Assembly (NCBI GenBank): GCA_037447435.1
Contig: JBBIGR010000057.1
Coordinates: 1 to 25,488, forward strand
Direction: 5' to 3'
Length of the DNA stretch: 25,488 nt
DNA from: Fibrobacteria bacterium
Lineage (GTDB): Bacteria; Fibrobacterota; Chitinivibrionia; Chitinivibrionales; FEN-1185
Shown here piece after piece: positions 17,354 to 25,412 of the stretch. The notes beneath the pieces were generated by a model. The model was given only the letters and a program-made list of their open reading frames with translations. It searched no databases and had not been told where the DNA came from. The position numbers and the translations under genes are program-made. Each line of letters opens with the position of its first letter. The first letter of the stretch is position 1.

Positions 17354-17515
17354 AACGTTTTGAACTCCTAACCTGCCTATGAAACATATAAAAAATGAAT
17401 GGTGCCTAAAACCTCTAAACCGTCAGCATACAATAATGGGCATGAAAAATACTTTCTGCATTTGCCCAAACGCTAAAAATAGCAAAATTTCTGTTCTTAA
17501 GAAACTTTAAATAAC

Positions 17516-19189
17516 TCACATCCGTTGCGGCGCCGAAACTCCAAGTAAATCCAACCCTAGTTTAAGGATGTTGCGTACGCCGGTCGTGAGCAGCAACCGG
17601 GCGCATGAAAGGTCGCGATTTTCCGTGACGATTCTGTGCTTTTGATAAAAGCTATGGAATTCCGCAGCAAAGGTTTCCAAAAACGTCGTAATGCGCTGAG
17701 TTTCGATGAAAGTGGCCGTTTGCATGAGTACTGTCGGAAAATCGGCGATTCGTTTGATAAGATCCTGTTCTTCAGGCGTGGAAAGCAGAGAAGGATTTGC
17801 CGATTGAATTTCGGCAGCCGAAAAACCCTGTTGTTCGCCATGGCCAAGGAGGCTGCAGGTACGCGCATGTGCGTATTGGACATAAAAAACCGGGTTTTCA
17901 TCCGACTGTTTCTTTGCCAGGCCGATGTCGAAATCGAAATGGCTCGACAATCTGCGCATGAGAAAAAAGTAGCGCATTGCATCCACGCCTACTTCGTCAA
18001 GCAAATCGGCCATGGTCACGAAATCACCTTTGCGTTTCGACATTTTAAACGGCTGACCGTCCCGGATCAGGTTGACTTGCTGAATGATGAAATTCTTAAA
18101 AACGGTGTTGGTCAGATCGAGGGCGTTTACCGCGCCTTCGAGACGGGGTAAATAACCGTGATGGTCGGGTCCCCAGAACGTGAAGGACATGTCGTAACCG
18201 CGGGATGCCTTAACCATATGATAGCTGAGATCGGCCAAGAAGTAGGTGGGCGTTCCTTCTTTTCTGACAAGCACGCGGTCTTTCTCATCGCCAAATTGCG
18301 TCGACTTGAACCAGATTGCCCCTTCGGATTCGTAGGTAAGGCCTTTTGAGGATAACAGCGCCAATGTTTTTTTCGGCGCACCTGAAGCGTGCAATGAACT
18401 TTCGCGGAACCATTGGTCGTACTTGACTCCGTATTTTTCCAGGATTGCCTGTTGCCGGCTTATCATGAGAATAAGCGCCTGTTGCATGAAAAACGTCGCC
18501 GCGTCCTGGCGGCTCATGGCGGCAACCTCGGGATGTTTTTCGGAAATTTCAGCGGCGAGTTCGGCGACATAATCGCCTTCGTATCCGCCTTCCGGAATAA
18601 CGCCGTCGATTCCCTTGCCCTGATAATACCGCACCGCGATAGACTCGCCGAGGAGTTCGACCTGGTTGCCGAAATCGTTGACATAATATTCCCTGTCCAC
18701 GATATTGCCGATCCATAAATTGACGCGCGCAATCGTATCGCCGATCGCCGCGGCGCGGCCGTTGACCACCACCATCGGACCGGTCGGGTTGGCGCTTACG
18801 AACTCGAGGAGCATACGTTTGGGATTGCGCGTCTGGTTACGGCCGACGGATTCGGGCGACAGGACCGCGGTTTTTAAAACGTTATCGAGATAATGGTTTG
18901 CCAAACGGAAATTTATAAATCCCCCGGTTATCGTTTTTGCCAGCGCAGGGTCGGGGACGACAAACCGGTCGTCCCACACGAATTGTTCCATGAGCTGCTT
19001 AGCCACGGCCATGGGATTGGCTTTCAGGGATTTGGCAAGCGATAAAGCGACGGGGGTCGAAAAGTCGCCGTATGCCTTTTGCTTGGGTTTTTCGATGACG
19101 ATGTCGATTGATCTTGCGGAATCGCCGAAGGCGGCTTCCTTTGCATTCGTAAGAGCTGCGGTAAGATATTCGAATATGGAATCACTCAT
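17516..19189 (-). CDS. argS: Arginine--tRNA ligase
   Basis: YGDFS, GFINF, EFVSANPTGP, REYYVND.GNQ, GDEKDRV, DHHGY, KMSKRKG, NPVFYVQYAHAR, C-terminal GVSAPQRM. ATG 19189 overlaps the end of rsfS. Confidence 0.95.
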   Translation of the reverse strand: MSDSIFEYLTAALTNAKEAAFGDSARSIDIVIEKPKQKAYGDFSTPVALSLAKSLKANPMAVAKQLMEQFVWDDRFVVPDPALAKTITGGFINFRLANHYLDNVLKTAVLSPESVGRNQTRNPKRMLLEFVSANPTGPMVVVNGRAAAIGDTIARVNLWIGNIVDREYYVNDFGNQVELLGESIAVRYYQGKGIDGVIPEGGYEGDYVAELAAEISEKHPEVAAMSRQDAATFFMQQALILMISRQQAILEKYGVKYDQWFRESSLHASGAPKKTLALLSSKGLTYESEGAIWFKSTQFGDEKDRVLVRKEGTPTYFLADLSYHMVKASRGYDMSFTFWGPDHHGYLPRLEGAVNALDLTNTVFKNFIIQQVNLIRDGQPFKMSKRKGDFVTMADLLDEVGVDAMRYFFLMRRLSSHFDFDIGLAKKQSDENPVFYVQYAHARTCSLLGHGEQQGFSAAEIQSANPSLLSTPEEQDLIKRIADFPTVLMQTATFIETQRITTFLETFAAEFHSFYQKHRIVTENRDLSCARLLLTTGVRNILKLGLDLLGVSAPQRM

Positions 19190-19571
19190 GGGCACGTTTC
19201 TCGATTTCCTTAATGTCTATAGGGGTCCACAGTTCTTCGAGGTTGTAATATTTACGGACCTGCGGCGTCATGACATGGACTATGACGTCGGAAAAATCCA
19301 TGACAATCCACCTGCCGTCGGCATTGACCCCGGTCGTACCTTCCGTATGAAAGGGGCGAGTGCCGAGTTTTTCCAATTCCCCCACGATGTTGTCTGCGAT
19401 TGCACGGTTATGCGGGGCATTGTCACCTTGACATATAATGAACCAGTCGGCGATTCCCGATTCGCGGCTCAAATTCAGGATAGAGACATCGTCGGCCTTT
19501 TTCGCCTCGGCCGCGTCGGCAATGATACGGAGCAATTGCGCCCCGGCCATTGTTTTTTTTGTTTTTGTCAT
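19182..19571 (-). CDS. rsfS: Ribosome silencing factor RsfS (Iojap)
   Basis: KKADDV, IADWFIIC, EG...WIVMDFSDVIVHVM...RKYYNLEELW. Confidence 0.93.
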   Translation of the reverse strand: MTKTKKTMAGAQLLRIIADAAEAKKADDVSILNLSRESGIADWFIICQGDNAPHNRAIADNIVGELEKLGTRPFHTEGTTGVNADGRWIVMDFSDVIVHVMTPQVRKYYNLEELWTPIDIKEIEKRAHE

Positions 19572-19978
19572 CGTGTTCGCTCCTTGTAATCGGCGCCCAC
19601 AAATACCGTTACGTCGTATAACGTATCACCGCTTCTGGCCAAAAACACGGCGTCGGTAGAAAGGGCCTCCGCGACCAAATTTGCGTTTCCCATGTCTTTT
19701 ATGCGGGATGCAACAAGTGTGGTCTGGTAATTGGACATCGGCGCATTGCCGATGTTTTTGACATCGAATTTTTTATTCCGCAAGAATTCCGCAACGATAT
19801 TCGCAGCTCCCGGGGTTCCGCATCCGTTAAGCACCTGTATTTTGCCGATCGACGGAATAACCGGAAAACTTGCGGCCGGGACCGAAGTTGATTTCGGTTT
19901 GCCGTTAGAAGAGGCGCCGACGATCATGGCGGTCACGAGAAAAGCCAGTGCTCCGCAGAGAATGAAAATATTTTTCAC
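19568..19978 (-). CDS. Stand-alone LytR C-terminal (LytR_C) domain protein with N-terminal anchor
   Basis: IQVLNGCGTPGAA, IGNA, DVTVFVGADY; stop overlaps the rsfS start (ATGA). Confidence 0.8.
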   Translation of the reverse strand: MKNIFILCGALAFLVTAMIVGASSNGKPKSTSVPAASFPVIPSIGKIQVLNGCGTPGAANIVAEFLRNKKFDVKNIGNAPMSNYQTTLVASRIKDMGNANLVAEALSTDAVFLARSGDTLYDVTVFVGADYKERTR

Positions 19979-20029
19979 AAAAGGCCTGTAATGGGAATTA
20001 AGGTCTTTGGTTTTCGCATACGCAGGGGA

Positions 20030-20365
20030 TTATTTCGCATTACCGCGAACGACCACCGGTTCAAACGTAGCGATTTCCGATTCGGAAAGATACATGAACG
20101 TGAGGATCATGATGCGGTCTCCGACAAGGCCCATTCGGGCGGCAGGGCCGTTGAGTTCGATGACGCCGGTATTCCGTTTCCCTTTTATCGCATAGGTATG
20201 AAAGCGATTGCCGTTTTCAACGTCGAGCACCTGAACTTCTTCGTACGGAAGAATCCCGGCCCGCTCCATGATGTCTTCATCGATGGTAATGCTGCCTTCA
20301 TAATTGATGTCCGCACCGGTGACTTTTATATCACGGATTTTTGCCTTAAGAAACCTTCGAAGCAT
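20030..20365 (-). CDS. panD: Aspartate 1-decarboxylase proenzyme
   Basis: YEG|SITID self-cleavage site, NGNRFHTY, LNGPAAR, GD.I. Confidence 0.92.
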   Translation of the reverse strand: MLRRFLKAKIRDIKVTGADINYEGSITIDEDIMERAGILPYEEVQVLDVENGNRFHTYAIKGKRNTGVIELNGPAARMGLVGDRIMILTFMYLSESEIATFEPVVVRGNAK

Positions 20366-20377
20366 ACATAAACTCCA

Positions 20378-21013
20378 TTATAATTTAAAATTCAACGACA
20401 AAGAAATCCCATTGTCCGGAAAGTTTGACGAATGCGTTTGCAGCGAAAAGCGTTGCGCGGTCGGGTTTTGTTCAGCGTTAATTTGTATTCCCATGTCTAC
20501 GCCGCTCCATATCATCACCGGGACGATAAAAAATAAACCTAAAGGTTCAAACCGCTTCGTTGCCATACTATGCACTGCGCAAAAGCCGAGCATCCCCAGC
20601 GTAACGCCCGACATTATCCACCCTTTGCCCGACTGGTGTTTACTTAATTGATATACGCCGGGAAATAAAAACCCGAAAATATACGATCCTCCCTCTTTGG
20701 CAGGCGGGGGTTTGACCGTGTTCATGTCGGCATCGCTCATGCCTGATTTTCGTTTGGCAATCCATTCGCTTTCCGACATCGAAAGTTCGGTCCACGGATG
20801 TTTGAAATATTCGGCAATCGAAATGCCGCTTTTCAAAAGAAACTCCACCTTTGACATTGGCATATGCGAGTCGAGCACGAGCGCCCATTCCGCTTCCGAT
20901 AAACCGAGCTTTTCATAGGTTTCCTTATCGGCAGGCGTCATATTGGCGGCCGAAACCGAAAGCACCATAAATAAGACGCAAAAAACGACTTTTTTTACAG
21001 GAATTCGCATCAT
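20378..21013 (-). CDS. Hypothetical exported/membrane protein
   Basis: Signal-like KKVVFCVLFMVLSVSA, internal repeat, LFPGVYQL...KGW followed by two hydrophobic segments, beta-strand-like C-terminus. Start uncertain (21010, 21013 or 21049). Confidence 0.7.
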   Translation of the reverse strand: MMRIPVKKVVFCVLFMVLSVSAANMTPADKETYEKLGLSEAEWALVLDSHMPMSKVEFLLKSGISIAEYFKHPWTELSMSESEWIAKRKSGMSDADMNTVKPPPAKEGGSYIFGFLFPGVYQLSKHQSGKGWIMSGVTLGMLGFCAVHSMATKRFEPLGLFFIVPVMIWSGVDMGIQINAEQNPTAQRFSLQTHSSNFPDNGISLSLNFKL

Positions 21014-21069
21014 AACCACTTGCCCCGCTTTGGTTTTAAACAATCGCATTCCGCAATTACCGGTACCTG

Positions 21070-21639
21070 TCAGTTTGTTCCTGTCAACTTTTTAATTTCG
21101 TCCCGAAGCCGTGCCGCATCCTCGTAGCGTTCTTCTTTGATTGCAGCCGCCAATTTATTGCTGAGCTCTTCAAGCGGTGATTTTTGCACCTGAGCATCGT
21201 CGCTTTCTTCCACGAGGGACTCCGAATTGTTTTGTTCGGTTTCTTCGGCCACCAAAACGCCCGCTTTCTCCATTACCGCATCGGACACAAACATAGGTGC
21301 GCCGAAGCGTAATGCAAGGCAAATGGCGTCGCTGGGCCTGGCGTCGAATTCTATGGTCTGTCCCTGGTTATTAATAAAAATCTTTGCATAAAACGTATCG
21401 TCAATCAGGTCCGATACTTCGATACGGATCAATTCGCATCCCAAGGAATCGAGTACCGTTTTAAAAAGATCATGGGTAAGAGGCCTTGGAATTTCGACCT
21501 TATTAATTTGAATGACTATCGATTGCGCCTGTTGATCATCTATAAAAATGGGGAGTGCGCGTTCGTCGGATGCTCCTTTTAAGAACAGGACGAATCGTTT
21601 ATTCAGTAATGCGACATTGACTATTTCGACGGGGATCAT
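21070..21639 (-). CDS. Bifunctional nuclease family (DUF151) protein with C-terminal UvrB/UvrC helical motif
   Basis: LPIFI, PRPLTHDL, TFYAKI, DARPSDAICLALR; AIKEERYEDAARLRDEI. Confidence 0.9.
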   Translation of the reverse strand: MIPVEIVNVALLNKRFVLFLKGASDERALPIFIDDQQAQSIVIQINKVEIPRPLTHDLFKTVLDSLGCELIRIEVSDLIDDTFYAKIFINNQGQTIEFDARPSDAICLALRFGAPMFVSDAVMEKAGVLVAEETEQNNSESLVEESDDAQVQKSPLEELSNKLAAAIKEERYEDAARLRDEIKKLTGTN

Positions 21640-21874
21640 AGGTGACTCTATAATTAAATAACAAAAATAATAATTTCTTAAAATACTTGATGGTTTAACC
21701 GTGATTCACTTGAAAAAATGGCATGCTATTAAAGACTTTGACTATGGCATACGCTATACAATTATTAATCGGCCCGGATTATTTGCGGTTTTCAAAACCG
21801 AAATTATCCGGATCGTGACGCCGCAAATCAAAGTTTTCCGTACGAGGAAACCGTATGCATATTAATTGGAAATG

Positions 21875-23164
21875 TCAGTTTAACGGCTTTACTTCCATGG
21901 TTTGCGTGCGATCGGGTCCTACCGAAACCAAAAGAAGAGGAACATTATAGCATAATTCCTGTAATCGATTGACATACCGTAACGCGTTCGGCGGGAGATC
22001 CGCAATGGTTTTGCAGGAAGAAAGGTCGGAATTCCACCCCGGTAAAGTTTCGTAGACGGGTATCGCTTTTTGGACAAGGTCCATAGTTGTCGGGAACAGG
22101 TCCACGCGTTTGCCGTCTATTTCGTAATGGGTGCAGATTTTGATTTCATCGAGACTTGAAAGGACGTCTAGTTTTGTCAATGCCATACGCGTAAGTCCGT
22201 TGAGTTGTATCGAACGGCGCAACAGAACGCTGTCGAACCAGCCGCAACGTCTCGGACGGCCGGTTGTCGCGCCGAATTCGCCGCCCTGGGCACGGATTTT
22301 TTCGCCGGTTTCATTGAGTTGTTCGGTTGGAAACGGACCGTTCCCGACTCGCGTCGTATACGCCTTGACAATGCCGACGACATGGGTAATTACCGAGGGG
22401 CCGACGCCTGCGCCGGTGCATGAGGCGCCCGATACCGTATTCGAAGAGGTGACAAAAGGATATGTACCGTGGTCGATATCCAAAAAGGTTCCTTGCGCTC
22501 CTTCGAACAAAAGGCTTTTCCCGTTTTTTGTCGCCCGGAACAATAAATCGCTGGTGTCGGCAATAAAGGGCAGGATGCGTTCGCGCATTGTTTTGTATTG
22601 ATCAAGGCATTCCTCTACGTTCAACGGAAAGTCCTGGTTATATGCGGCGAGCAATTGCTTTTTTGATTCGCAATTTGCTTTGAATTTAACGCGGAAATTT
22701 TCCCAATCGACAAGGTCGCCGACCCGTATGCCCACGCGGTTTGCCTTATCGGCATATGCCGGTCCTATGCCGCGGCCCGTTGTCCCGATTTTCGAATTGC
22801 CCATTGCCGACTCGGAAGCATTGTCCTGTATTTTATGATAGGGCAAAACCAAATGAGCAAGGTCGGAAATGAATAAACGGTTATCGACATTGATGTTTTT
22901 TCCAAGCAATTCGTCCACCTCTTTGAGAAACTGCTCAAGGTCGATGACGACGCCGTTTGAAACGACGCATACTTTTTCCGGATACATAATGCCGGAAGGT
23001 ACCAAATGGAAAACGAATTTTTGCCCGTTTGCAATGACCGTGTGACCGGCATTTGCACCGCCGTGAAATCGAACGACAATGTCGCAAAATTTAGAAAGGT
23101 AGTCTATGACTTTTGCTTTTCCTTCGTCACCCCATTGCGTACCAACGATTACGGCATTCGGCAT
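21875..23164 (-). CDS. purA: Adenylosuccinate synthetase
   Basis: GTQWGDEGK, NAGHT, IGTTGRGIGPAY, EGAQG, GTYPFVTSS, EFGATTGRPRRCGWFD, TKLD. Start moved to ATG 23164 by GAGGA upstream. Confidence 0.97.
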   Translation of the reverse strand: MPNAVIVGTQWGDEGKAKVIDYLSKFCDIVVRFHGGANAGHTVIANGQKFVFHLVPSGIMYPEKVCVVSNGVVIDLEQFLKEVDELLGKNINVDNRLFISDLAHLVLPYHKIQDNASESAMGNSKIGTTGRGIGPAYADKANRVGIRVGDLVDWENFRVKFKANCESKKQLLAAYNQDFPLNVEECLDQYKTMRERILPFIADTSDLLFRATKNGKSLLFEGAQGTFLDIDHGTYPFVTSSNTVSGASCTGAGVGPSVITHVVGIVKAYTTRVGNGPFPTEQLNETGEKIRAQGGEFGATTGRPRRCGWFDSVLLRRSIQLNGLTRMALTKLDVLSSLDEIKICTHYEIDGKRVDLFPTTMDLVQKAIPVYETLPGWNSDLSSCKTIADLPPNALRYVNRLQELCYNVPLLLVSVGPDRTQTMEVKPLN

Positions 23165-23180
23165 GATTCGTATCCTCAAT

Positions 23181-23215
23181 AAAAAAGAAATACCGCTTTT
23201 TTTATAAAGCGGTAT
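23181..23215 (-). terminator. Intrinsic terminator in the purA 5' leader
   Basis: Minus strand ATACCGCTTT-ATAAAA-AAAGCGGTAT followed by TTCTTTTTT, ending 16 nt before the purA start codon. Confidence 0.75.
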
Positions 23216-23334
23216 ATATGTATGTAATATAATCTTAAAAACGAATAATCTCTAATCCGTTGCGTCGCAACCGGATAGTTTTGGCTGTGATCATAACTCC
23301 GCGTTTCGCGAAGATATTTTCTACATAATCACTA

Positions 23335-23363
23335 AAATTACTAATTTGTAAAAAAATAGTCAA
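23335..23363 (-). promoter_or_regulatory. Candidate sigma70 promoter for the purA leader
   Basis: TTGACT-N17-TAATTT on the minus strand. Confidence 0.55.
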
Positions 23364-23529
23364 TGAATAACGCCGTACAACGCACCCGTTATTGCCCAAA
23401 GAAATCTTTTACCCGGAAGCACGATGAAAAATGATTCAATAAATAAGTGGAAAAATTGCGGGAAAATTGTACATTTTAAGAAGATAAACCGGTGAAGCTT
23501 ATTTTGAATCGATTACGGGAAGGTTTTTT

Positions 23530-25206
23530 ATGATGCCGTTATTGTCGCGAATCAGTTGTTTAACCGCTTTATCCGCAATGTTCTTATTGTATTCCCAATC
23601 TTTGTCGCAAACCATGTCCTATGCAACCGGCACATTTTCGGTAAATGGCCCTGCCACGATCAATGCAAAGGCGGTTTCCTATAGTGCGGGTACGCCGAGA
23701 GATACAACCTATCTGTTTGAAACCGATGCCAGCAACCAAGCAACCTTTACATTGCCGATAGGAATAAAAAGCAGTATCGGCAATGCGGCTTACGCACCCA
23801 AGGCCGACGAATCGATAACGGTCCGCCGCTATTCGCAAAAACGGTATGTTTTAAAGGTCCCTTTCTTTTTCAGCAAGGGTTTGGCATTCGTAACGGACTA
23901 TTGCGGAAAAAAAATCGCAACTTCGGGCATAGGCAGCGACGGTATTGTGATTGTTGATGTAGGTGATGTCGGCAGCCGGGTTTTGATTGTGCGATGTCGC
24001 AAAAACGGACAAACTGCCACTGCCAAACTGGTTTTCTCACAGGGTAAAGCTCTGTCCGGTCCGTTATTATCGGACAATTCGCAGAACGGCTCTGCGGCAC
24101 ATAAAAGTTCCGCATCCGCTGCCGTCTACACGATAAAACTCGTCAGCAAATCGACGTCGTTCGGCGATACGGACAATGTGTCGGTATCGTTGGTTGAAGG
24201 GGCAAACGGAACGAAAAAATTGACCCTGCCTTCAAAATCCGTACTTGCGTCGGAACGATTCAAGGAGCTCGTTACCGAAGCGAAATACAACACCTTGTTT
24301 CCGAACCGGTACGGACTTGGAAAAGCAGCCCCTATCAGCGACGGCAAATATGACTTCTATACGTATGCGTCGCTGTTAAAGGCAATTGACCAGATGGCGA
24401 ATGTCGTCATTAAAATCGTGCAACGCGACAGCGTCGATTATTGTCAAAAGGTGATTTGGCAGGACAAAACAACTGGGGTAACAAGGACGATGATCACCGG
24501 AGCGGATTATAACGCCTCGTGGAACATCGGTGTAAAAGAAGATACGGTCGCCATTGTTGACTATGCGAAATTTTGCTCCGAAGGGACTCTTACGATTCGT
24601 CAACGCGAATTGGCTGCGTTTTTTGCGAATATTTCCCACGAAACAACCGGCATGGGCGAAGACGATGCGACAAAAACATGGGGATTATATTGGATTGAAG
24701 AAGTGGCTTGGCAAACGAACCCGAACAACACGACATTAGGATATGTAGACGCCAGCAATACCGTTTATCCTCCCGTTGCGGGAAAATCGTATCACGGCCG
24801 GGGACCGATTCAAATCTCATGGAATTACAATTACGGACAGGTAAGCGAATTCTTATACGGTGATAAGAACGTGTTTTTGCAAAGTCCTGAAAAAGTCTTG
24901 TCGGGCGGTGATGTCGCGTTCATGACCGCGATCTGGTTTTGGATGACGCCGCAATATCCGAAACCGTCATGCCACGATATCATGTGCGAAAAGTGGCAAC
25001 CCAATAGCGCCGATATTGCGGCGAAACGCGATAAGTCGCGCTTCGGCAATACCGTCAATGTGATCAACGGGGACCTCGAATGCAATAACAATAACCCGAG
25101 TGATACCCGCGTTACCGATAGAATCGGATTTTATAAAAGGTATGCATCTATTTTTGCCATTACGACGGAAAGCGAATGCGGTTGTTACATGATGAAACCG
25201 TATTGA
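23530..25206 (+). CDS. Secreted GH19 chitinase with an unassigned N-terminal region
   Basis: Signal peptide; FYTY, RELAAFFANISHETTG (catalytic Glu), WGLYWIEE, YHGRGPIQISWNYNYG, AIWFWMT, KPSCH, NVING..EC, DRIGFY. Confidence 0.92.
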   Translation: MMPLLSRISCLTALSAMFLLYSQSLSQTMSYATGTFSVNGPATINAKAVSYSAGTPRDTTYLFETDASNQATFTLPIGIKSSIGNAAYAPKADESITVRRYSQKRYVLKVPFFFSKGLAFVTDYCGKKIATSGIGSDGIVIVDVGDVGSRVLIVRCRKNGQTATAKLVFSQGKALSGPLLSDNSQNGSAAHKSSASAAVYTIKLVSKSTSFGDTDNVSVSLVEGANGTKKLTLPSKSVLASERFKELVTEAKYNTLFPNRYGLGKAAPISDGKYDFYTYASLLKAIDQMANVVIKIVQRDSVDYCQKVIWQDKTTGVTRTMITGADYNASWNIGVKEDTVAIVDYAKFCSEGTLTIRQRELAAFFANISHETTGMGEDDATKTWGLYWIEEVAWQTNPNNTTLGYVDASNTVYPPVAGKSYHGRGPIQISWNYNYGQVSEFLYGDKNVFLQSPEKVLSGGDVAFMTAIWFWMTPQYPKPSCHDIMCEKWQPNSADIAAKRDKSRFGNTVNVINGDLECNNNNPSDTRVTDRIGFYKRYASIFAITTESECGCYMMKPY

Positions 25207-25271
25207 ATTGCTACGGCGCAGTCCTTAGCCTCCGGTTTGTTTTTTCTCATGAAGAGCGTAATAATAATAAC

Positions 25272-25300
25272 TTGACTATTTAAACATCTTTTCCTATTTT
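25272..25300 (+). promoter_or_regulatory. Candidate sigma70 promoter
   Basis: TTGACT-N17-TATTTT upstream of the partial ORF at 25413. Confidence 0.5.
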
Positions 25301-25412
25301 ATTCATGATTTTCTCGGGAAAAAGGTTGTTTGCCTCTTACTTCTCCGTTGAAAACACCCAGTATAATCGAATTTGAAAATTAACAAGTACCCATACATTC
25401 CAAGGGAGTGCT

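Noticed and set aside
17438..17467. c-di-GMP-I riboswitch (GGCAAA...GAAA)
   Set aside because: The downstream GCAAA segment and second stem are missing.
21070..21639. Anti-phage nuclease system
   Set aside because: DUF151 plus UvrB/C motif is a widespread architecture in a housekeeping context; no defence partners adjacent.
21720..21759. Two TGGCA motifs as sigma54 promoters
   Set aside because: Neither has GC at the -12 position, and both face away from the adjacent gene start.
23050..23130. PurA variants GDEGKAK and RFHGG
   Set aside because: Catalytic Asp, Lys and His and all other motifs are intact; treated as tolerated variation.
25207..25250. Terminator after the chitinase
   Set aside because: A T-rich run is present but I could not find a convincing stem.
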